From Chlorokybus atmophyticus (Eukaryota; Plantae; Mesostigma and Chlorokybus algae): DNA of 64,000 nt. The stretch spans positions 310,001 through 374,000 of the forward strand of contig RHPI01001037.1 in assembly GCA_009103225.1 (NCBI GenBank). The letters run 5' to 3'. This document shows, one piece after another, positions 12,901 through 28,659 of this stretch (position 1 is the stretch's first letter; every line of letters begins with the position of its first letter). The notes beneath the pieces are model-generated. The model was not told the origin of the DNA and searched no databases. It saw only the letters and a list, made by a program, of their open reading frames with translations. The position numbers and the translations under genes were made by a program.

Positions 12901-14091
12901 TGCACATGGTGGAGGGCGAACCACTCTTGGTGTTCATTGCCTTATCACCGAAGAGGGGAGCTATGATGTGCTATTGGGGCAGGAGTTCTTGTATCCAGTG
13001 GGAGGAGGAGTGGACAACTGGTTGGAGCAGGGCTTTTTCAGACCGGGATGGGAGCATGGTGATGGTGAGAAGGCATTCTTTCCGTTACGCGTGAGAGAGG
13101 TTGAGGAGGCTCGAAGCGAGGGGTTGGACGGATGCGATGGTGCGTGTGGATGAAGGCGCGTGAGGAGGTCAGCTGGCATTCTCGGGTCGTGAACACCAGC
13201 TGAAGCGGGTGTGATACGCGCTTGTTGTGAGTGTTGTGTCATGTGTATGAGTATGTACACTAGTGGGGCAGCTTCGGGAGGGTCCTGAGCTAGCAGACAT
13301 GCATGGAGGAAGCTACAACATGTGAAGGTGGACAAGGTGCAGCATGATAAGGCCATGACGAGCTGGTGGACGACATCTTCGCGCAACGATAGGATTTGGC
13401 ACGACAGCTGTCATGCGCGTGCGTGTCGGTGGCGCAACGCATCGATTATGAGGGCTTTTGAGGTCATATTTCATGAGATAGAGCTGAGTTACGGCCATTA
13501 CATCGAGGTGTAACTCAATTACGCTAGTAGGACTCACATGTGACTGAAAATCGCTGGTTATGACTGATTTGGGAGTTGTATGGTAGTTGTGGCAGCTAAA
13601 GTGGTTAAAACGGTTGTGGAGGCATGGTAGGAGGGTATGTAAGTGTTCTTGACTTGTGTTGCAGCTAGTTGAGCGCAAGTCCCTTGTTCTATTGGGAGCA
13701 TACAGCTACTTGGAGAGGCTTCAAGACTTGGTCGTTGCCTTGCTTGTGTGCTTGCCTTGAGTGTGCACGTGCTTGGATATGCTTGTGTGAAGTGTATGAG
13801 CGTGTGCCACACCTTGCGAACGGACCTAGCCTCATCTCCCCGTGCATCACATGCCAGTTGCAAGTATAGAAGCCGTGCTTGAGTCTAGGTTGGCTAAGAC
13901 ACGCGCTTGTTGTGAGTGTTGTGTCATGTGTATGAGTATGTACACTAGTGGGGCAGCTTCGGGAGGATCCTGAGCTAGCAGACATGCATGGAGGAAGCTA
14001 CAACATGTGAAGGTGGACAAGGTGCAGCATGATAAGGCCATGACGAGCTGGTGGACGACATCCTCGCGCAACGATAGGATTTGGCACGACA
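9920..14091 (+). mobile_element. Gag-protease retroelement with split/permuted direct repeats (A1-ORF-B1-gc-A2-B2), TG..CA ends and 4-bp TSD
   Basis: A1 9920-10421 matches A2 13409-13910 (502 bp, about 8 mismatches by eye). B1 13216-13406 matches B2 13901-14091 (191 bp, 2 mismatches). TSD is CGTG at 9916-9919 and 14092-14095. Removing the element and one TSD restores the RepHel frame DEDTPLADV-VERGAPTTLTQWFELN. Confidence 0.93.
10484..13153 (+). CDS. Retrotransposon Gag-aspartic protease polyprotein (889 aa), no RT, RNase H or integrase
   Basis: Uninterrupted ORF with two CX2CX4HX4C knuckles (CWRCGEVGHIAKYC, CSYCGKMGHDDNAC) and retropepsin-like VLVDTCAEPVI...LLGQEFL. DTC is one base change from DTG. 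Confidence 0.88.
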   Translation: MPVETRSGAGLKELEVPLKETEELPEKEVPTSPSEGDYEDEPAGDKEDHEEVEEVEEEEPDLMDTLLKMEMEGARTRFSGRPNTLEVQDFKDRFECRMISWSARDRSWNEHKAFKMMPEFLEDEALGTWREFKRKLEAREEVCRAEHGAEFEKEWAKVQPMKEFMMVLTSTYPQTTPAKMMELMYFKRKDGETPRMMYTRMVKLLEDTEHEVVANKITAVLYLRALEDGLREAVQTVLRGAHQGASYTLRDVFIAAENAQWQQEYEKSIGSMAEGMATQLSGATKRTDAGRRDGGQATVIKSAPVRSVMAANGVPMDARHEEQQTGVCWRCGEVGHIAKYCPKRQGLVCSYCGKMGHDDNACWSKHPHLRAEVLSGKTVTKQAHSAQAGSSQSHAELARASEVSALVAEVAELKAALAGLRTQPERKQKGVRQEKDDDDGGAYAYLAHSAAWCSPMTATAATGTARAAPAPTAAVSPYMRGKGVRVATSEVCKAAGGHEELFAPASARSRAVSAPLTATAGGYAPAPAMEVSATSALSMPLVRRVMSVEQHDGMCIEVKNDVDEGKMQSMKGLACLLETASAQVSPACARVMKVPTAARADASAVHELAGTLLHQPMLTLKDVGCTLERLECVLGPMLKPATADAATQVTLDCEADVTSEEEFRAVVYAEKKLHEVMEGEQELEVDVPIVELANGMHTEVMEEPVQLDSKSDLSAALSRPAERLDVMATVATVDNKHGHVQLNGYTPERVLVDTCAEPVIPGARAAARMGLQPKDWGPCLWHLKTAGGGMEAVFAVTLEPVQIQLTAHGGGRTTLGVHCLITEEGSYDVLLGQEFLYPVGGGVDNWLEQGFFRPGWEHGDGEKAFFPLRVREVEEARSEGLDGCDGACG

Positions 14092-16998
14092 CGTGGTTGA
14101 AAGAGGTGCGCCGACCACGCTCACACAATGGTTCGAGCTCAATCGGAAGGCCGAAGCTCAATGGAGGATAGAGTTGGCAACCGCTCCTGCTGCCTAAAAG
14201 CCCATCGCGCTATCCACGTTGTATCAAGATGTCCCATCCATTGCGCGATGGTACAAGAAGGGATGGACTTTACGCAAGAAGAACCGGCGGTTTCTTGCTA
14301 TTGAACGCATGTATTACGTTGCTCCCAGAGACGGCGAGAAGTTTTATCTGCGTATTCTTCTACACAACGTACCAGGGGCTACCAGTTTTGCGCACTTGCG
14401 CACGACATACGAAGGGACGGAGGAGCGCGTATACGCTACGTTCAAAGACGCTTGCGTAGCGCGGGGATTGTTGCAAGAAGAGAACGAATGGGCGCTGGCA
14501 ATTGGCGAAGCTGCCATTGTAAGCACACATTACAATAAGCCAACTCTTGTACGCATACTAATGGCCTGACAATCGTATTGTATTGCAGTCGAAAACAGGT
14601 TGGCAGCTTCGTGCAATACCTGCGATAATCCTAATCTACAACGAGGTTGCGGATCCGCTTGCGCTGTGGAACAAGTTTTTGGAGCAATTCACGGATGATG
14701 TCACATATCACCAGCGACAGGTACGTACAATATTCAATTGCAGTATTACAAAGAGCACTGGTGCACAAGCAAAGCATATATATTCTTGATGTTCACAAGT
14801 GCTACGCATGCAGTTGGACCCCACCGCAACGCTGAATCAGCGCGACATTGATGACGCATTGTATGATGTGAGAGGTCTGCAACAGCATGGGAAAGGCTTA
14901 GAGGATTTTCAGCTGCCCCTGCCTCAAGAAGCGCCAACGGACTTCACCTCATCGTTGGTCGAAGAGGAGCTGAATACATATGATTAGATCGTGATAAGGC
15001 AGCGGGTGCAGGTTAATGTACCATTGCTGAATGCACAACAGCGCGCAACTTACGACACCGTCGTACAAGCAATTGAAAGACCTCGAACGGATTCGCACCC
15101 TTTTTTATTGACGGTCTTGGGGGTGGTGGCAAAACGTGTCTCTACAACACCCTGCTTGCCTATGTTCGGAGCGGACGACGTGTTGCAACTGCTGTTGCGT
15201 CATTCGGCATTGCGGCATTGCTACTGGAAGGTAATTCAGGCAATGTGGCAACATTATAATAGGAACAAGATAAATAATTTGAGCTTCATCAGGCTCATGG
15301 TTGTTATGGCTGTGCAGGTGGAAAGACAGCTCATTCCAGATTCAAAATCCCCATCGCTGGGCTGTATGCAACCTCAACTTGCAACATCTCAAGAGGCAGC
15401 TCTTCGGCAAAGCTGATGATTGCCACGAAGCTGATTGTCTGGGATGAAGCTCCGATGATGAACAAGCTTTACTTTGAGGCAGTTGATAGGACATTGCGCG
15501 ATATCATGAGCATGGTGTATCCGGGAGCAGAAAATCTGCTATTTGAGGGCAAAGTGGTTGTGTTGGAAGGCGACTTCCGACAAATCTTACCAGGTGTGCC
15601 ACGTGGAACACGTTCGGAAATCGTGCACGCCAGTTTGAAGTACTCCACAATGTGGAGCCAGATTAAAGTGATGAAGCTTCACATCAACATGCGGGTGTAG
15701 AAGCTACAAGCTGCAGGAGAATCTGGGGTAGAGCAGCAAGCTTTCAGCGATGTTTTGCAGCGCATCGGCGACGGTCGTGAGCAAGTGTTTTCTGACATAG
15801 GGGAAGAGATGGTGCGTCTAGATGCCGATCTGTGCTCTAAAGCTGGCAATCTTGAAGGCTTGATTGAAGACATGTACGGTGAGCTGCGCAACCAGCCCAC
15901 ACCAGAAGCTCTGGCCAAATATGTCATCAACCGTGCAATCCTCACCCCAAAAAATGTAACCGTTGACGAGATCAACGTGCTAATGATGGCACGTTTCAGC
16001 GATGTACGTATCAATGAGCATCACTAACATATATCTGCATTCAATGTGAACATCACGAATATACTTCAAGCGTGCTACTGACACGTGGCACAATATATAT
16101 GCAGATGAGGAGAGAGTATACCGCAGTGCTGCTTCTGTGCCACCAGAGGAGCAAGTAAACCATTACCCCATTGAGTATCTCAACAGCATCATGGTGTTTG
16201 GCTTACCTCCACATGAACTCCGTTTCAAGATTGGCAGCCCGGTCATGTTGCTGCAAAATTTGAGTGATGGGCTGGCAAATGGGACACGTCTCATTTGCGG
16301 CCTCATGCAGCATGTGATTTATGCGAGAGTTGCTACGGGTCCAGCCAAAGGCAGAAGAGTGTTCATTCCCCGCCTGATGATCACGCCCTCCAATGTCGAG
16401 GGTATGCCTTTTACGCTGAGGCGTAGACAATTCCCGATACGCGCAGCTTTCGCCATGACAATCAACAAGTTTCAAGGCCAAACTTTACGCAAGGTCGGAG
16501 TCTACCTGCCTGAGCCTGTAGTCACATATGGGCAACTTTACGTGGCGTTGTCGCGCGTTGGTGGCAGAGCGGGAGTGCGTGTACTGGCCACCAGTAATGT
16601 GCAACAAAAGAGAGGCGAACCCGCAGCGGTGTACACAAAAAACGTTGTGTACACAGAGGTTCTGTCTCGCAATGGTTGAGTTTGATCCGTGTATAGGTAA
16701 CGATGTAAAGATGTATTTGTCTCAATGCACATTAATAGTACATGATGTATGCATGCAGACATCAATTACAAACCTATTGTATCAATCAAAAAGACGTGAA
16801 ACATGGATAACAGCCGCGTATATATAAATAATCAGCCTTGAAGGTACATTGTGATCATATCGTGTATTGTTTCGCTTTGTCATGCTAAATTGTAATTGAC
16901 ATAGCACATATATTAACATGATGATGCGCAACAATTGCTGATGCATGTCATTGACCACAAAAGGACACGTCATACATATCATGATATATGTCCTTTTA

Positions 16999-17029
16999 CC
17001 CGTGGTTGTTCCACGGGGCAACGCACTAG
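16999..17029 (+). other. Helitron 3' terminus: hairpin plus CTAG
   Basis: cccgtgg-ttgtt-ccacggg (7-bp perfect stem), then CTAG at 17026-17029 followed by T. Confidence 0.9.
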
Positions 17030-17079
17030 TAGGAACATATTTTGCTTTGTTGTTGACATGCTATTGCACTTGTTGTTTC

Positions 17080-19386
17080 TGTTGAGAACTAGTGATGCGC
17101 TTAGTGTGTGTGTATTTGCCTCATACATACAAGTGTGCACACACTAAGAACAAGTGCAGCAAGCACGCCAACTATAGAGACAATGCGACCCACTGTATTA
17201 AGCAGTATACATCGTCTTATATACTATGCTACTAAGCACTAGTCAACTCTGATCAACTTTGGTCAAAGTCAACACTAGTTAACACTAGTCAATGGTCAAA
17301 GTCAATGGTTAAAGTCAAAGTTGACCATAGTTGACCATAACTGCCGTAACTCTCGTAACTCTCGTAATTCCCGTAACTATAAAGGTTAAGCTGATCGTAC
17401 CAACTACATGTAGGCGCCGCCTATGCACGTACTTTTCTCAACCTATAACAATTGACACTCCCACGCGAGCAGCTTAACCTTGAACTCCAAGTTCTTCTCG
17501 CAAGCTTACCCATATTAACTTACTCCATTGAACACTCCCATGGATGTGTTGCTCCCACGGACTTGATGCTTGTCTCTATGACACCATTCTTCTCCTTGTG
17601 CTGCTAGCAAGACTACAAGGTTCCAATACTCCTTATTTATATATACTCCTTATTTCCTCCTCATAGTCGCATCAGGTTCCACCACGCCACGCCTGACCTT
17701 GCTCAGGTGGTTTCGAAGATTCCCTCAATGGCAAACTATGCTATAAACTGCAATGAGTTCTCTACCTTAGCAATGCTGTACCAGAGTGTAGGCCGTGCAA
17801 GGGTTGATCAGACCCTTCTACTAAGGAAAGCACCCCTCCCATCTCCAGTTTGCTAGCTACACAACTCAGTCCTTGCATGCCAATCAAGTGAAGTGTTCTA
17901 TCCAGTACCGCACACCTGTGTGCTACCAAAAAACAACTCCACAGCAATGCAACCTCTAGTGTATGCAGCTCAACACCAGCAACTACTCATAGGCTAGCAG
18001 TAACTCTCACAGACCTTTGTGTTTGCGACCTCCATCTACGCATGTCCTTCACGCGCCCTTGCAGTGGGAGAGGGACGGACGAAAACCATCCACTGCAACT
18101 CTTTGAGGTCCTCACCAATGTTAGATCGCCATTGTGACGTGCTCCTCCTTGGTTGCCTCATTGTGGATCCTCTTCTGGCACTCGCAAATGACGTGGCCCT
18201 TCATCTTAAAATAGTGACACTCTTTGTCACGTGATGGCATCCCACCACCTGCTTTGCTCCTGCTGCGTGTGTGTTGAAAAGATAAGGCAGCGAATGCGAA
18301 AGATTCTCCACCATTCTCTATCTCCTGCACATGCAACTTGCCTTCCACAGCTAGCAGCTTAGGCACTACATCAGCAAACTTTAAAACCACATTTGAGGAC
18401 TCCAACACAGTCACTAGCGTAGCAAAGCTCTTTCCTAAGCCAGCTAAGACTGCCCACATCACCTGCTCTTCCTTCACATCATGGCCCACTGCTGCAAGGT
18501 CTTGTCAAAGCTCCCTTGAACGCAAGATGTACTTTGTGCTCCATCTTTAAAAGTGTCAGCTTGCGTCTCAGCTGCAGCTTGCGCGAGTTGCTGTTGACCT
18601 TAAGGGTGTCGAAGACCTCCCACGCCTCACGTCTAGTCTTGCAATCCGCAAAAAGAGGGAGATGGAAGTCTTTGACATGCAAGCCTATCAGCGCAAAAGC
18701 TGATTGTAAGTTCTCTGTCCAGATACCAGTGTCACCTGCTTTTGGCCGCAATGATGTGGAGGAGGTGGGGTCAACAAACTCCAGAGCTTCTTGCGGATCA
18801 GCACCAACTTCATCTTCAGCGACCATGAAGCATAGTTGTGTAGATCAAGGGACTTGATGGGCATCCTATCTGTGTCAGCCATTGCTTGCTACACAATAGT
18901 TTAACTCACCCTCTCCCCAAGAACACTCTACTAGTAGGCGCCTATGCTCAACACTTTCTCTCACTAGCACAAGCGATCACACAAGCGAGTGTGGGCCCAT
19001 AACCTGTTGAGAACTAGTGATGCGCCTAGTGTGTGTGTATTTGCCTCCGACATAAAAGTGTGCACACACAAAGGACAAGTGCAGCAAGCACGCCAGTTAT
19101 AGAGACAATGTGCGACCCACTGTATCAAGCAGTATACAGTGTCTTATATACTATGCTACTAAGTACTAGTGAACTCTAGTCAACTCTGGTCAAAGTCAAC
19201 ACTAGTCAACACTAGTCAATAGTCAAAGTCAACGGTTAAAGTCAAAGTTGACCATGGTTGACGATAACTGCCGTAATTGCCATAACTCTCCTAACTCTCG
19301 TAACTCCCGTAACTATACAGGTTAAGCTGATCATACCAACTACATGTAGGTGCCGCCTATACATGTACTTTCAACAAACTATAACA
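17080..19386 (-). mobile_element. Internally deleted Ty1/Copia LTR retrotransposon (2.3 kb, decayed gag)
   Basis: LTRs at 19005-19386 (5') and 17080-17450 (3'), both TGTT..AACA. Copia gag remnants NYASWSLKMKLVLIRKKLW, VLAGLGKSFATLVTVLESS and a CHYFKMKGHVICEC knuckle. RNase H tail LREELGV and a gggagtg PPT-like tract next to the 3' LTR. Confidence 0.92.
18991..19004 (-). promoter_or_regulatory. Primer-binding site, copia/half-tRNA-iMet type
   Basis: The minus strand reads GGTTATGGGCCCAC immediately after the 5' LTR end ...CAACA, with no TGG start. Confidence 0.85.
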
Positions 19387-24170
<4,784 letters not shown>

Positions 24171-24671
24171 TCTCCCTCCGGAGAAGGAGAGATGAAGAAA
24201 ACATCCACATTAGAAGACAACATAGACAAGCACTAAACTGTGGGTGGAGGGCCTCGGCAGAGGCCTCATGAAGCGAAGCTAACAGTCTCAGAGCAGGAAG
24301 AAAAAGCGGGCAATTGAAATTTTCTGCAGTCTAAGCCAGGCCGCTGCCAATGGGAGCTGCAGCGGTCTTAGGAGTATCGCCAAGCTGGGGCGAGGCCAGA
24401 AGGTAGGTAGGAGGCGGGTGGGAAGTTGCCAGGGAAGACGCCTCCATCATTTCCTCCTCCCCAGTCCTTGCACCCCAAGGCCGGGGTGAGGGTGCGCGTC
24501 ATCGCCTAAAAACAGAAAAGCTGAAAGTCAACGCCGAGCTGGCCGATCTAAGGCTGGCGGTAAGGAAGCAAGCATTGAAGCGGAGCTTCGGCTTGCAACC
24601 CGGCCTAGCAGGAGAACCCCAACCTCCTCACCCTTCCCCTCAGCTATCCCCCGTGAAGTCCCCCCCCCCCC

Positions 24672-25014
24672 NNNNNNNNNNNNNNNNNNNNNNNNNNNNN
24701 NNNNNNNNNNNNNNNNNNNNNNNNNNNNNNNNNNNNNNNNNNNNNNNNNNNNNNNNNNNNNNNNNNNNNNNNNNNNNNNNNNNNNNNNNNNNNNNNNNNN
24801 NNNNNNNNNNNNNNNNNNNNNNNNNNNNNNNNNNNNNNNNNNNNNNNNNNNNNNNNNNNNNNNNNNNNNNNNNNNNNNNNNNNNNNNNNNNNNNNNNNNN
24901 NNNNNNNNNNNNNNNNNNNNNNNNNNNNNNNNNNNNNNNNNNNNNNNNNNNNNNNNNNNNNNNNNNNNNNNNNNNNNNNNNNNNNNNNNNNNNNNNNNNN
25001 NNNNNNNNNNNNNN
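24672..25014. other. Assembly gap (N run) flanked by poly-C
   Basis: 343 N with C runs on both sides. Confidence 0.99.
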
Positions 25015-26008
25015 CCCCCCCCCCCCCCCGCGCCGCCGCCGCCGCCCATCGCCTCGCAACTCGGCTCTCATTTGCAACTTACTGCCGACCAAATCCTTAA
25101 CGTTTGATTAAGGAAGCTGTCGATGTCGGCCGCTGCCACTACTCTTGCTTCTCATTGTCTGATTCCGAAGAGCGTATAGAGTCTTGTCACGCTATCCGAC
25201 ACCCGGTGATCCGGGTCGACCGATGCTGATGCTGATGTGTGCGCACGAGGAGTGCGAGGGAGAAGTGCGTGCTGAGGGTGATCATCGTGACATGTACACA
25301 CCGTCCGCTCTGTCAATACATGCGAACCGCATCGCATTTGAGATAATAACAATGAAGGTATGGATGGCGGCAAGGAAGTAGGAAGTTCAGGGTCTTATAT
25401 CGCAAAGATGAGATTCAAAATTGCGTAGAATAAAATGGTGCTTTCTTGGTTCATATCTCATTCACTACATGTGACTCAATTCAAGTCAAGGAGGGGAGCT
25501 TTTGTGCAAGGTTTATAGTTTGACCGGTGCGAACCGGCCTTGTGAACAAGCGTTTGCGGCGACTAGCGATCGAGCAGTGAGACCATGTCCGTCGACTGCC
25601 CATCGCCCGCCGGATCCATCGTGGCGTTGCCAACGCCGCGTTGGCATGTTACCAATTTGATGTTAGGTCCGCATCATCTGCTGCGTGGGCGCGGTGTTGC
25701 AGGCAAACAAGTCATGCATAGGTCGAGCTTCGCAGATATCGTTTTGTGGATCGCTGAAAGGGTTTCAGTTTTACCGATATCTCCCGCTTTTACCGGTCAC
25801 TATCCTCAATGTGCGATTGGGTGGTGGAGGCGAGCCAGCTCGGTCTCGGACAGATCCTGCCCCTAACCCCGCCATCTGCCATCTCTGCTCCGCGAAAACC
25901 ACACACGCGAAAACTACGCTGAGCGGCTAAGATCGCAGGAAGGAGTCTGGGTTGGGCGCAGAGGGCGAAGGCAAAGGCAGAGAGACGGCGACAGCATCAG
26001 CAGCAGCG

Positions 26009-28659
26009 ATGGCGACCATGGCGGCAGCAGCTTCACTCGCGGCGGCATCCACAAGCGCCACGTTCAGCCAGGTGTCACTAAAGCGCAGCGCCAAGCCCGC
26101 GGCGACCGGAGGCAATGGCCTCAAGGGACTCGCGCTGGCCCCGTCCGTGCGCAGGATGCCCGCTCGCCTGTCCGTCAAGGCCACATCACGCATTGTGGTG
26201 AGCGTTGGCACACCCGCAGCAGCAAGCATGCACGTTGCAAACTTGATTAGTGAGCCTGGGTATGCCCTTGGCGCCCACGGATGGTCGTGCATTGCACGGT
26301 AGTTGGGCATGCTTCTTATGAGGTGAGGTGTGCCTGCCTGACTGCAGATGTCCACCCGTTCCGCGGAGTCCGTGTCCGACCCCTCCCAGAAACACCCTAC
26401 CGGCGCGCTCAGCGAGGAGCCATCAGACGCCTCGCACCCGGACAACCACCCCAAAGACGGAAAGCTTAGCGTCAAGGACCTCGACGAGATCCAGGGCAAG
26501 GCCGTCTTCGTGCGCGCCGACCTCAACGTCCCACTCGACGGCGATGGCAACATCACCGATGACACACGCATCCGCGCCTCACTGCCCACCATCCAGGTAC
26601 AGCACCGCAGTTGCATACGAATGATTGGCCGTACTATGGACAAACTCAGAGCACTAAGAAAGACCACATGCATTGCTTAGTTACCCTAATGACCGACCCG
26701 TTTTCCTTCTGTCTCCGCAGTACCTCATTGACAACGGTGCACGCATTGTGCTGGCCAGCCATCTTGGCCGCCCGAAGAGCGGCCCCGAGCCCAAGTACAG
26801 CCTCAAGCCAGTGGCCAGTAAGTCTGCATGCACTCACGCGAGCACACCCTTCATTACTCCTCGTGTGTCAAGAGGATGGACAACTCACACTGGTTGTGAT
26901 CACAGAGCGTCTGGAAGAGCTTCTGAAGAAGCCAGTGATTGCCGCCAATGACTCTGTTGGCCCCGAGGTACCCCTACTCTCATGGCAGCTTGCATGCTCT
27001 CTGAGCTCAACCAGCCTTGTCTTGGCATTCATATGCAACCAGCCGTCACACCTTTGCTTTGGACACACAGGTGGAGGAGCAGATCAAGTCGCTGAAGAAC
27101 GGCGAGGTTCTGCTCTTGGAGAACGTCCGCTTCTACAAGGTCGGCAGCCTCTCAGTCGCAGTAGAAACCGCAGGGTGTAGTGCAGCACACACTTGAGCCT
27201 GTTGCGCACTGTCCTGAACATGTCTTAAACCTCACACAGGAGGAGGAGAAGAACAATGTAGAGCATGCCAAGAAGCTGGCCGCTGGCATCAACTACTTTG
27301 TCAATGATGCTTTTGGTTCCGCCCATCGCGCGCACGCATCCACTGCTGGCATTGCTCCCTACACAGAGGTGAATGATGTGCCCCATCATGCAGCACTGTA
27401 GATCCACACTGCTGCAGTCCCCTCATATAGCCAATCTGACCAACCTCAGTTCATATGCATCACTTGGTGCAGATCTTCCTAGCGCAACTGACAGACATGC
27501 TTGTGTGCAGGCTCGTGTTGCTGGCTTCCTGCTGCAGAAGGAGTTGGCTTTCCTGCAAACCGCTGTTGCCCGCCCCACACGCCCATTCGTGGCCATTGTA
27601 AGCATCATAGGCCAAGGCGTTCTCATCTGCATGCATACAATCCTACAGTCCTCACCTCTGTCTTGTTGTCACAGGTTGGTGGCAGCAAGGTATCCTCCAA
27701 GATTGGTGTTATTGAGAGCTTGCTGGAGAAATGTGACACCATCATCCTGGGCGGTGGCATGATCTTCACCTTCTACAAGGCCAAGGGCATGAAGGTGGGC
27801 ATTCACACTTCACTTCGGATGCTCACGTAGACTGCGACTTGGTTTATGCTGCGCTTGCTTTTCGGGCCGTTTTGTGTATGCTGCTGCGCTCGGTCATAAC
27901 GCTGACCAGCTGGTGTGTGTCGCTCCCGTGTACAGGTTGGCAACAGCCTGGTTGAGGATGACAAGATTGATCTAGCCAAGAGTCTGATGGAGCAGGCGGC
28001 GAAGAAGGGTGTGGCCCTGGAGCTGCCTGTGGATGTTGTCTGCGCCGACAAGTTCGATGCTGCCGCCAACACCCAGACCGTCTCTGTCGACAATATTCCC
28101 GACGGCTGGATGGGACTCGATGTTGGCCCTGAGAGCGTCAAGGTGAGAGAAGCGCTGCATGCATGCCACTGGCACACGTCACATCATGTCATGCAAAACT
28201 GTCCTGGGTGTTGATGTCGGGATGTCGGGCAGGTGTTCAAGAACATCCTCAAGGATGCCAAGACCGTGCTGTGGAACGGCCCCATGGGCGTGTTTGAGTT
28301 TGAGAAGTTCTCCAACGGCACTTTCGCCATTGCCAAGTCGCTGGCAGAGATTACCAAGACTGGTGCCACCACCATCATCGGCGGAGGAGACTCAGGTCGG
28401 TTGTGCACCTGTCATGCGAGACATTTTCACTGCCCTGGGCCTTTGAGTGTGCATTGCATATGTGGGTCGGATGAATTGGTGTGACGAGTTCTACTGCATG
28501 CTGATGGCATATGCGTGTACAGTGGCTGCTGTGGAGAAGGCCGGCGTGGCTGGCGATGTGACCCACATCTCCACCGGCGGCGGCGCAAGCCTGGAGCTGC
28601 TGGAGGGCAAGATCCTGCCCGGTGTTGCCGTGCTGGATGATGTGCGCATCCATGCTTAG
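26009..28659 (+). CDS. PGK: Plastid phosphoglycerate kinase, multi-exon
   Basis: Ala/Ser-rich transit peptide exon (26009-26197). Then [83 protein letters not shown] and [16 protein letters not shown], separated by GT..AG introns. Confidence 0.97.

Larger units (their letters stand above)
6856..16679 (+). pseudogene. Helitron Rep/PIF1-helicase (RepHel) gene, spliced, with stops and frameshifts
   Basis: N-terminal C..C..CC..GKV zinc-like region (~7310-7400). HUH motifs: PDLFSTFACNPKW; EWQKR|GLPHAHILI (joined across intron 9133-9222); YLYKYVYKG. PIF1 motifs: FIDGLGGGGKT, LLEG|GKTAHSRFKIP (intron 15231-15317), WDEAPM, GDFRQILP, AILTPKN, RRQFPI..FAMTINKFQGQTL, GQLYVALSRV, KNVVYTEVL. Confidence 0.95.
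4076..17029 (+). mobile_element. Helitron (rolling-circle transposon), interrupted by a 4.17-kb insertion; 5' end uncertain
   Basis: RepHel coding remnants across ~6850-16679, a canonical 3' hairpin followed by CTAG|T at 16999-17030, and a candidate 5' TCTATAT at 4076 (weak, because it is preceded by G rather than A). Confidence 0.9.

Noticed and set aside
9920-14091. Ordinary LTR retrotransposon or ordinary DIRS/Ngaro element
   Set aside because: The 5' repeat lacks B and an extra B precedes the 3' repeat, so it is not a normal LTR pair. The retropepsin, TG..CA ends and TSD do not fit known tyrosine-recombinase elements, and no YR is encoded.
24528-25111. ORFs spanning the X/N region
   Set aside because: They are open only because of Ns.
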